The position numbers and the translations under genes are program-made. From the NCBI GenBank assembly GCA_018436925.1, contig JAHDKI010000005.1, positions 6,906-70,905 on the forward strand: a stretch of DNA of 64,000 bases, read 5' to 3'. This document shows positions 18,310 through 26,214 of this stretch, piece after piece. Each line of letters starts with the position of its first letter. The stretch's first letter is position 1. This DNA comes from Syntrophaceae bacterium. GTDB taxonomy: Bacteria > Desulfobacterota > Syntrophia > Syntrophales > Smithellaceae. The notes beneath the pieces are model-generated. The model made no database searches, was not told the origin of the DNA, and was given only the letters and a program-made list of their open reading frames with translations.

Positions 18310-18338
18310 TCAATACTGATCCGGAGCGAGCCTGTCAA
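18310..18338 (-). promoter_or_regulatory. sigma70-type promoter candidate for the M23 peptidase gene
   Basis: Reverse strand: TTGACA (18338-18333), 17-bp spacer, TATTGA (18315-18310). Confidence 0.45.
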
Positions 18339-18400
18339 GAAAAAAACGCTTTGCGGCGGCGGACTCTTTTGGTAAGTCAATGCCATTCGGAGGTAAAATC

Positions 18401-19120
18401 TTGAGCAGAGGCATGTATATCATAGGAACGGATACGGAGGTCGGCAAGACGGTCGTGGCGGCGGGCTTGATGCATCTGCTGATCAAAGACAACATCCGCG
18501 CGGCCTATTTCAAGCCCGTGGCCAGCGGCGAGGTTCAAGTTGAAGACAGGCCGACGCCTGCGGATGCGGCTTTTGTTCAAGCCGTGTCGGGCTTTGCAGA
18601 AGACATTCAAGACGTCACGCCGTTTTCATTTTCCGACGAAGTCGCTCCGCACCTGGCCGCGCGACTGGCGCAGCGTCCGATTGACCAACAAAGAATAGTC
18701 GAAGCGCTCGACGCGCTGAAAAAAAAATATGAGGTGATCATCGGGGAAGCCGCCGGCGGGCTTGCCGTGCCTCTGGATGACGACGGTTTTTTTATGCAAT
18801 ACGACCTGATCCGCTCGCTGGGTTTTTCCTGTCTGCTTGTGGCGCGGGCGGGGCTGGGCACGATCAATCACACGCTTTTGACGCTTCGCGCGGCGCGCGG
18901 CGCGGGCTTGCGCGTCAAAGGCATCATCGTCAACGGGTCGGGCGGCTCGTTGCTGGAGCAAGACAACATCGCCATGATTCAAAAACTGGGCGGCATCGAC
19001 GACGTCTTCGTCCTGCCTGCGATCACCCCGCTTTGCACGGCACCGCCTTCGGCTCTGCACAGGGCATATGAAAACGCGTTTAACATCGAAAAACTGCTGT
19101 CGTTGATGGACCCGCTGTAA
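18401..19120 (+). CDS. bioD: dethiobiotin synthase
   Basis: P-loop IIGTDTEVGKT. TTG 18401 lies 7 nt after GGAGG; alternative starts are ATG 18380 and ATG 18413. Confidence 0.85.
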   Translation: MSRGMYIIGTDTEVGKTVVAAGLMHLLIKDNIRAAYFKPVASGEVQVEDRPTPADAAFVQAVSGFAEDIQDVTPFSFSDEVAPHLAARLAQRPIDQQRIVEALDALKKKYEVIIGEAAGGLAVPLDDDGFFMQYDLIRSLGFSCLLVARAGLGTINHTLLTLRAARGAGLRVKGIIVNGSGGSLLEQDNIAMIQKLGGIDDVFVLPAITPLCTAPPSALHRAYENAFNIEKLLSLMDPL

Positions 19121-20311
19121 ATGAAAACGATGCTTCAGGAAAAAATTGAAACGCTTCAGCGCGCGGGTCTTTACCGGCGCATGAAATATTTTGAATCGCC
19201 GCAGGCCGCGCGCGCCCGTCTGGGCGGACGCGAGGTCTTGATGCTCTCCTCCAACAGTTATCTGGGCCTGTGTTCCGACGACAGGCTCAAACAAGCCGCG
19301 CACGACGCGATCACGCGCTACGGCACGGGCGCCGGCGGATCGAGGCTGATATCCGGCAGCTTTGATCTCCATCAAAAACTGGAAAAGGAGATTGCCGCCT
19401 TCAAAAAAACGGAAGCGGCGCTGATCTTCAATACCGGATACATGGCCAATGTCGGCGTCCTGTCCGCGATCGCCGATAAAGGCTGGACGCTTTTTTCCGA
19501 TCGCCTCAATCACGCAAGCCTCATCGACGGATGCCGGCTTTCCGGCGCCAAAGTCGTCGTCTACAACCACTGCGACCCCGTGGATCTGGAGCGAAAGATT
19601 CAGAGCCATCGAAGCGGTCCGGGCCTGATCGTCACGGACAGTCTGTTCAGTGTGGACGGCGATCTTGCGCCCCTGCCCGCCCTTGTCGATATCGCGCGGC
19701 GTTACCGCCTGCTTCTGATGGTTGATGAAGCGCATGCCACAGGCGTTTTAGGACAATCCGGAGGAGGCGCCGCCGAGTATTTCGGAATCGAAACGGGCAT
19801 CGATATTTCCATGGGAACATTCAGCAAGGCCCTGGCCTCGGAAGGCGGTTTCGTGGCGGGAAGCCTTCCGCTTGTCGATTACCTGGCCAATGCCGCCCGG
19901 AGCTTTATCTTCTCGACCGCGCTTTCGCCGGCAACGATTGCGGTGTCGCGCGCGGCGCTGGCTGTCGTCCGAACCGAGCCTGAAAGACGCCGGACGCTTG
20001 CCGCTCATTCGGCCTGGTTGAGACAATCGCTTCGCGGGGCGGGCTTTGCGGTTGAGGATCACCCCACGCCGATCATTTCGCTTGTGCTGGGCGAGCCGTC
20101 TTTGGCCGTCGATTTCAGCGAGGCGCTGCTCACGGACAATATCTTTGTCTCCGCCATTCGTCCGCCGACCGTGCCTGCAGGAACCAGCCGGCTGCGCATC
20201 AACCTGATGGCCACGCATTCGCGCGAAGATCTGGAATACGCGCTTGAGCGCATCACCGATGTCGGAAAAGTTTTGGGCGTGATCAATAGCACGGAGGCAT
20301 CCGATGAATGA
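19121..20311 (+). CDS. bioF: 8-amino-7-oxononanoate synthase
   Basis: PLP-dependent class II aminotransferase pattern (LLMVDEAHATG, GTFSKALASEGG). The start abuts the bioD stop. Confidence 0.88.
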   Translation: MKTMLQEKIETLQRAGLYRRMKYFESPQAARARLGGREVLMLSSNSYLGLCSDDRLKQAAHDAITRYGTGAGGSRLISGSFDLHQKLEKEIAAFKKTEAALIFNTGYMANVGVLSAIADKGWTLFSDRLNHASLIDGCRLSGAKVVVYNHCDPVDLERKIQSHRSGPGLIVTDSLFSVDGDLAPLPALVDIARRYRLLLMVDEAHATGVLGQSGGGAAEYFGIETGIDISMGTFSKALASEGGFVAGSLPLVDYLANAARSFIFSTALSPATIAVSRAALAVVRTEPERRRTLAAHSAWLRQSLRGAGFAVEDHPTPIISLVLGEPSLAVDFSEALLTDNIFVSAIRPPTVPAGTSRLRINLMATHSREDLEYALERITDVGKVLGVINSTEASDE

Positions 20312-21659
20312 TCTTCAGAAAAAGGATCTGCGTTTTATCTGGCATCCATGTTCGCAGATGAAGGACTATGAAGACTTTCCGCCGATCATCATCGAACGGG
20401 CCCGCGGCGCTTACTTGTTCGACACGGACGGCAAGAGCTATCTCGACGCCGTCTCATCATGGTGGGTGAATCTTTTCGGCCATGCCAACGAACGCATCAA
20501 CCGCGCCCTTCGCGATCAGGCTGAAAGAGCCGAACATGTGATCTTCGCCAATTTTTCCCATGAGCCGGCCATTGACCTGGCCGAAGAAATCGTCCGCCTT
20601 GCGCCCGAAGGGCTTTCCAAAGTTTTTTTTGCCGACAACGGGTCCGCCGCGGTGGAAGCCGCGCTTAAGATGAGCTTCCATTACCATCAGCAGACCGGAC
20701 GGACGCGACGGACGAAATTCGCCGCAATCACCGACGCCTATCACGGCGAAACCCTGGGCGCTCTGTCCGTGGGCGATTTGGATCTGTATAGCAGAATCTA
20801 CAAGCCGCTTTTGCTCGACACGCTCAAAGCGCCGGGGCCGGACTGCTATCGCTGCCCGTTCGGGAAAACCCGCGACGCCTGCGACGCGCCGTGTTTTGAC
20901 GCCCTGGAGCGCCTGGTGGCGGATCATGCCCGGGAGCTGTGCGCCGTGATCATCGAGCCGCTGGTGCAGTGCGCGGCGGGGATGAAAATCTATCCCCCCG
21001 TGTATCTGAAAAAACTGCGCGGGTTGTGTTCCGCCCACGGCATTCATCTGATCGCCGACGAAATCGCCGTCGGCTTCGGACGAACCGGGAAAATGTTCGC
21101 CTGCGAACACGCGCAGGTGAGTCCCGACATGATGTGCCTGTCCAAGGGGCTGACGGCCGGCTATCTGCCCATGTCTTTGGTTGTGACCACCGATGAAATC
21201 TATTCGGCGTTTTACGCGGATTACACCGAACTGAAAGCCTTTCTGCATTCCCACAGTTACACCGGAAACGCCCTGGCCTGCGCGGTGGCGCGCGAAACAC
21301 TCGCTATTTTCCGCGATGAAGCGGTTCTGGAAAAAAACGCCGCCAAGGCGGCCTACCTGTCTGCGCGGACCTGCGAGCTTTTCAACGGACATCCCTATGT
21401 GGGCGAATACCGGCAGACGGGCATGATCGGCGCGCTGGAGCTGGTGGCCGATCGCGCCACAAAAGAACCCTTCGACTGGAAAAAGCGGGTGGGATACGGC
21501 ATCTATCGCATCGCCCTGGAAGAAGGCGTACTGCTTCGACCCCTGGGGAACGTTATTTATTTCATGCCGCCTTATGTCGTGGGCGAAAAGGATATCGACT
21601 CGATGGTCGAAACCGCCCTTTCGGCGACCAACCGCTACTTCGGTCTTTCGCCAAAATAA
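20304..21659 (+). CDS. bioA: adenosylmethionine-8-amino-7-oxononanoate aminotransferase
   Basis: Class III aminotransferase (SSWWVNLFGH, LIADEIAVGFGRTGKMFA, LSKGLTAGYLP). It overlaps bioF by 8 nt. Confidence 0.9.
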   Translation: MNDLQKKDLRFIWHPCSQMKDYEDFPPIIIERARGAYLFDTDGKSYLDAVSSWWVNLFGHANERINRALRDQAERAEHVIFANFSHEPAIDLAEEIVRLAPEGLSKVFFADNGSAAVEAALKMSFHYHQQTGRTRRTKFAAITDAYHGETLGALSVGDLDLYSRIYKPLLLDTLKAPGPDCYRCPFGKTRDACDAPCFDALERLVADHARELCAVIIEPLVQCAAGMKIYPPVYLKKLRGLCSAHGIHLIADEIAVGFGRTGKMFACEHAQVSPDMMCLSKGLTAGYLPMSLVVTTDEIYSAFYADYTELKAFLHSHSYTGNALACAVARETLAIFRDEAVLEKNAAKAAYLSARTCELFNGHPYVGEYRQTGMIGALELVADRATKEPFDWKKRVGYGIYRIALEEGVLLRPLGNVIYFMPPYVVGEKDIDSMVETALSATNRYFGLSPK

Positions 21660-21838
21660 TCTTAAATACAAACACTTGCCAGCCTTCGGCCGACGGGTGC
21701 GCCTCCGGCGGTAAAAATCCGAAAACGCTTGACATTCGGCGTTTGGCCACTAAGATAGGCCATTGGAATTTGTCAGGCAAAGCAAGGCCCGTCCGGGCCA
21801 TAACCCGATGATGAAAAAGTGAGGAGGCGTAAAATTAT

Positions 21839-22723
21839 ATGAAAAGAGTCTTGCTGTTTTTGGTAACCAATATCGCGGTGCTGATCGTCTTGAGCATTGT
21901 GCTGAGGCTTCTGGGCGTGGACCGGATTCTCGACCAGAGCGGCACTGGGTTGAATTACTGGAATCTCCTGGTGTTTGCCGCCGTGTTCGGATTCGGCGGC
22001 GCGTTCATCTCTCTGGCGCTGTCGAAATTCATGGCCAAGCGGATGACCGGCGCGCAGGTCATTACCAATCCCCGCTCCCAGACCGAACTGTGGCTGGTGG
22101 ACACAGTCAAAAAACAGGCGCAGATGGCCGGCATCGGCATGCCCGAAGTCGCGATTTTCGATTCCGACGCGCCCAACGCGTTTGCCACCGGCATAAACCG
22201 CAACAAGGCGCTCGTCGCGGTGAGCACCGGTCTTTTGCGAAACATGAACGCCGACGAAGTCGAAGCCGTTTTGGGCCATGAAATCAGCCACGTGGCCAAC
22301 GGCGACATGATCACGCTGTCGCTCATTCAGGGCGTCGTCAATACGTTCGTGATTTTCCTGTCGCGCGTCGTGGGGCATTTTGTGGACCGGGTGATTTTGA
22401 AAAACGAAGAGGGACACGGGATCGGGTTTTTCATCGCCACGATCGTTTCGCAGATTCTTTTCGGAATTCTGGCAAGCGTCATCGTCTTGTGGTTCAGCAG
22501 GCAGCGCGAATACCGCGCGGACGCCGGCGGCGCGAAACTGGCCGGCGCCGGCAAGATGATTGCCGCGCTGGAAAAGCTCAAAAGAGGCGTTCAGGAGCCG
22601 CTGCCGGATCAGATGAAAGCCTTCGGCATTTCCGGCAAACCCTCGACGCACGGGCTGAAGCTTTTATTCATGAGCCATCCTCCGCTTGAAGACCGGATCG
22701 AGGCTCTCAAAAGAATGGTTTAA
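21839..22723 (+). CDS. htpX: protease HtpX
   Basis: Four TM helices and the [11 protein letters not shown] zinc motif, with HtpX-like N- and C-termini. Confidence 0.9.
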   Translation: MKRVLLFLVTNIAVLIVLSIVLRLLGVDRILDQSGTGLNYWNLLVFAAVFGFGGAFISLALSKFMAKRMTGAQVITNPRSQTELWLVDTVKKQAQMAGIGMPEVAIFDSDAPNAFATGINRNKALVAVSTGLLRNMNADEVEAVLGHEISHVANGDMITLSLIQGVVNTFVIFLSRVVGHFVDRVILKNEEGHGIGFFIATIVSQILFGILASVIVLWFSRQREYRADAGGAKLAGAGKMIAALEKLKRGVQEPLPDQMKAFGISGKPSTHGLKLLFMSHPPLEDRIEALKRMV

Positions 22724-22811
22724 CCTCCGCCGGTTGTGCAAAAACAACCGATGAATAAAAAATACGGGAAGACGCGGCGGACATCCGAAGCGCTTGGAGG
22801 CCGCCCGTCTT

Positions 22812-24182
22812 CTAACCTTTCATGAAAATATCCCAGTATCCCTTGATAAAAACAATAATGATGATGAGCGGCAGCACAAACCGGGTATAGGGTTTCGCCC
22901 AGGACGGATATTGAAGCCCCTTGCCCGTATTGGCCTCCGCAATGAAGGCGCTCCAGCCCCAGCCGTAGCGCATGGTGGTAAAGAAAATGAAAACCAGCAC
23001 GCCGATAGGAAGAAGCGTCGCGCTGACAATGAAGTCTTCCAGATCCAGGATATTGGTGCCGGCGCCCAGCGGTTCGAAACCGGCCAGAAGGTTGAAGCCG
23101 AAAACGCAGGGCAGCGACAGCGCAATGATGGCTGCGCAGTTGAGCCAGGAGGCCTTTTTGCGGCTGGTTCCGCGGGTATCCATCCAGTAGCTGATGATAT
23201 TTTCAAACACTGCAATCACGGTGGACAGGGCGGCAAAACTCATGAACAAAAAGAAGATCGACCCCCAGAAACGGCCGCCCGGCATCTGCATGAAGATGTT
23301 GGGCAGCGTGACAAACAACAGGCCGGGACCGGCTCCGGGATTGACGCCGAAAGCGAAACAGGCCGGAAAGATGATGAGCCCGCTGACGATCGCCACAAAC
23401 GTGTCCAGACCGATGATCCGGACCGACTCGCCCGTGAGAGACCGCTCCTTCCCGATGTAGCTGCCGAAGATCGTCATCGCGCCGATGCCCAGACTGAGCG
23501 TGAAAAACGCCTGCCCCATCGCCGCGAAGACGACTTCTCCCGCGCCGTGCCCGACAAGCCTCCCGAAGTCCGGCAGAAGATAAAACCGGATTCCGTCCGC
23601 CCCGCCGGGAAGCGTCATGGAATGAACGGCTAAAGCCAGCATCAGAAGCAGCAGAAGCGCCATCAGAATTTTGGTGATCCGCTCCACGCCCGCACGCAGC
23701 CCCGCGCTGGTAATGAGAAATCCGAAAAAGACGGTGACGACCATCCACAAGGTCATCGTGGCCGGGTCGCCGAGCATCGTGGTGAAAAAGGCTTGCGTGC
23801 TTTCAGGCGTTGCGTAAACGAACTTTCCCCGGGCGATGGAAAACAGATAATACAGAATCCAACCGGTGACGGTGGTGTAAAACATCATCAGCAGATAATT
23901 GCCCGCGATGCCGACGGGCCCGTAAAAATGCCATTTCGATCCCCGAGGCTCGAGCGTTTTGAAGGCCAGGCCGATATTGCGCCTTGACGCGCGGCCGACG
24001 GAAAATTCCATGACCATGACGGGCAAGCCCAGAAGGATCAGGAACACAAGGTAAACGAGGACGAACGCCGCGCCGCCGTACTTCCCGGCGATAAACGGAA
24101 AGCGCCAGACATTGCCCAGGCCGATGGCGCAGCCGGCGGCCAGAAAGATAAACCCCAGACGGCTGCCCAGGGACTCGCGCAT
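22812..24182 (-). CDS. sodium-dependent transporter, NSS (SNF) family
   Basis: GFIFLAAGCAIGLGNVWRFPFIAGKYGGAAF is the NSS signature, and the protein has about 12 TM helices. ATG 24182 (MRESLGS) is preferred over GTG 24230, which would overlap the heptamer array. Confidence 0.88.
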   Translation of the reverse strand: MRESLGSRLGFIFLAAGCAIGLGNVWRFPFIAGKYGGAAFVLVYLVFLILLGLPVMVMEFSVGRASRRNIGLAFKTLEPRGSKWHFYGPVGIAGNYLLMMFYTTVTGWILYYLFSIARGKFVYATPESTQAFFTTMLGDPATMTLWMVVTVFFGFLITSAGLRAGVERITKILMALLLLLMLALAVHSMTLPGGADGIRFYLLPDFGRLVGHGAGEVVFAAMGQAFFTLSLGIGAMTIFGSYIGKERSLTGESVRIIGLDTFVAIVSGLIIFPACFAFGVNPGAGPGLLFVTLPNIFMQMPGGRFWGSIFFLFMSFAALSTVIAVFENIISYWMDTRGTSRKKASWLNCAAIIALSLPCVFGFNLLAGFEPLGAGTNILDLEDFIVSATLLPIGVLVFIFFTTMRYGWGWSAFIAEANTGKGLQYPSWAKPYTRFVLPLIIIIVFIKGYWDIFMKG

Positions 24183-24223
24183 CGTCGATTGTATGATCTT
24201 ATTCGCCGGATCTCCCGTCACAC

Positions 24224-24258
24224 ACCTCACTCCTTCCGCCTATCCCCTAACGCCTCAC
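24224..24258 (-). repeat. tandem array of five degenerate heptamers (gene strand: GTGAGGC GTTAGGG GATAGGC GGAAGGA GTGAGGT)
   Basis: The plus strand reads ACCTCAC TCCTTCC GCCTATC CCCTAAC GCCTCAC. It starts 3 nt after the Alr-fusion stop codon. A 15-nt block, CCTAACGCCTCACGC, is shared with 52362-52376. Confidence 0.7.
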
Positions 24259-24261
24259 GCA

Positions 24262-26214
24262 CTAAACATCCCAGATAAAGATCACGCCGCTGGTCGGGAA
24301 CACCCACTCCGCAGGCGGAATTTTGATGCTGATCGATTTGCCCCGGCAGGCGGCGATGTCGGCGCGGGGGTGGCGCCCGGAGAAGAAGCTTTCCGCGCGC
24401 ACGTTTTTGAGGCCCGCGTCTTCGTAATGAAAATTAATGTCCAGGCCGCGCGTCGGATACAGCAGATAAACCGGAAAGGTCCGGTTGCCTCTGGCTTTCT
24501 TGGTGAGGATCTCGATTTCGATTTTGACCTCCCGGTTGATTCGGGATTTGAATTGGTCGCTGCCGAACCAGACTTCATAGCCGCGCGCGGTTTTCCGGGC
24601 CTCGATAACGGGAACGTCTTCGCCGTCGATGCGCATGGCTTCCACCGTGAAATCGCGCTCCGGCAAAAGCGCGTCTCCGCCCAGAATCCAGCGGTATTCA
24701 CAGTGTTCGTCTTCAATGAGCGCTTCCAGCTGGGCACGGTCGGAGGCGCAGCCGATCATGAATGTGTCGCTGCGGATGGTTTTTTTATATTCCACATGCG
24801 TTTTGAGCTGATAATAGGCGTCCGAACGCCTTCGGGGCTCGCCTGTTTCGGACAGGTGCGAAATGGCGATGTCGTAACGGAAGCAGGAACGCAGTTCGAG
24901 CTGGCGGTTTTCCTTGCCGAAAAGCGTCTCAAGCATTTCGTAATAGATGGCGTCGCCGAGCTCTTCGCTGCGGGCGCGCGCTCCGAGACAGTGACGGATG
25001 ATCTGATCGATGCGGGCCAGAGACTTTTCCTCGCCCGGCACGAAAATCCGCCGAAGCCTCGGCGCGACGGCATCGGCGGCCCCTTTGTGCAGAAACACCC
25101 GCGGCGCCCGTTTTCCCAGCGCGCAAAGCACCTCATAACTGATGGTCCGGGCCTTGGCGGCAATTTCATTGGCGCTGATGTATTCGTTTCCCTGGCGCCC
25201 CAGCAGGACCACTTCATCGCCGACTTCGCAATCGGGAAGGTGCGTGACATCTATCGTGCACATATCCATCGACACGCGGCCGATGATCGGCGCCCGCTGA
25301 CCGCGGATGAGCGCCTCGCCCGAATTGGACAGAATAAACGGATAGCCGTCTCCGTATCCGACCGGAATGGTCGCCACGCGCGTGGTTTTGGTCGTGACAA
25401 ACGTGCTGTTGTAGCCGATGCCGTACCCGGCCGGAAAATCCTTAAGCAGGACAATCGTGGTTTTAAACGACATGACGGGCTGAAGCGCGGCTTTGTCCAG
25501 TGTTTCATCGGACGGATAAATGCCGTAGGTCATAATGCCGGGCCGGGCCATTTCGAGCTTGAGTTCCGGATAATTTAAAATGGCGCCGCTGTTGTCCATG
25601 TGGCGGATGGGGATCTCGACGCCGCCCGCTTTGAGCTCGTCTTGCACGGCGGCGAAGAGCCGCCACTGCCGGTCGTTTTTTTCGACCCTCCATTCGCTTG
25701 AAGCGAAATGGCTGAAGAGCCCTTCCAAAAGAATATGCGGCAGCGTTCGGATGAAAGCGATGAGCTCCGGCGCTTCGGTGTGCATCGTGCCGCCGCGCCC
25801 CATGCCGGTGTCCACTTCCACGTGAACGGCGAGCGTGCGGCCGGCCGCGGCCAGGCGCTCTTCAAGCAGCCCGGCGAAGCCGGCGTCGGACACCGAAGGG
25901 GTCAGCGAATACTTGATGATGTCCGGAATCTCTGAACGGGTGGACGGCCCCAGAATGACAATCGGCGCCTCAATGCCGCTGACGCGCAGCTGGACGCCTT
26001 CATCGGCGTTGGCCACGCCCAGCATGCGCGCGCCTTCGCGAAGCGCTGCGTTGGCGATTTCCACCGCGCCGTGGCCGTAGGCGTCGGCCTTCACGGTTTG
26101 CATGAAATCCATGCCCGGTCCCATCAGACGCTTGATTTCCCGCAGGTTGGCGACGAAGGCGTCGAGATCGACTTCCACCCAGCTGCGGTATTTCTGTTCG
26201 TTGGATAAACTCAT
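24262..26214 (-). CDS. alr: alanine racemase fused to a ~275-aa C-terminal domain of unknown function
   Basis: The N-terminal ~375 aa are a full Alr (VKADAYGHGA PLP-lysine motif, GVANADEG, VGYGDGYP, RVSMDMC, ISYEVLC). The ORF then continues for ~275 aa (HKGAADAVAP...VIFIWDV) with no motif I recognise. Confidence 0.85.
   Translation of the reverse strand: MSLSNEQKYRSWVEVDLDAFVANLREIKRLMGPGMDFMQTVKADAYGHGAVEIANAALREGARMLGVANADEGVQLRVSGIEAPIVILGPSTRSEIPDIIKYSLTPSVSDAGFAGLLEERLAAAGRTLAVHVEVDTGMGRGGTMHTEAPELIAFIRTLPHILLEGLFSHFASSEWRVEKNDRQWRLFAAVQDELKAGGVEIPIRHMDNSGAILNYPELKLEMARPGIMTYGIYPSDETLDKAALQPVMSFKTTIVLLKDFPAGYGIGYNSTFVTTKTTRVATIPVGYGDGYPFILSNSGEALIRGQRAPIIGRVSMDMCTIDVTHLPDCEVGDEVVLLGRQGNEYISANEIAAKARTISYEVLCALGKRAPRVFLHKGAADAVAPRLRRIFVPGEEKSLARIDQIIRHCLGARARSEELGDAIYYEMLETLFGKENRQLELRSCFRYDIAISHLSETGEPRRRSDAYYQLKTHVEYKKTIRSDTFMIGCASDRAQLEALIEDEHCEYRWILGGDALLPERDFTVEAMRIDGEDVPVIEARKTARGYEVWFGSDQFKSRINREVKIEIEILTKKARGNRTFPVYLLYPTRGLDINFHYEDAGLKNVRAESFFSGRHPRADIAACRGKSISIKIPPAEWVFPTSGVIFIWDV

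Noticed and set aside
18316-18400. Expected BirA/bio operator palindrome upstream of bioDFA
   Set aside because: No convincing inverted repeat was seen in the bioD upstream region. Only the phased direct repeats nearer the peptidase gene stand out.
24112-25578. 488-aa ORF on the plus strand, opposite the alanine racemase gene
   Set aside because: It is a typical high-GC shadow ORF. It is Arg/Gly/Ala/Pro-rich with no motifs, and it is fully antisense to a gene with clear Alr signatures. The same reasoning applies to these ORFs:
- 20457-21671(-)
- 18626-19735(-)
- 12562-13719(-)
- 37684-38640(+)
- 41656-42603(-)
- 56041-57276(-)
- 57696-58706(-)
- 4738-5601(-)
- 6849-7715(-)
- 26367-27338(+)
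- 27531-28406(+)
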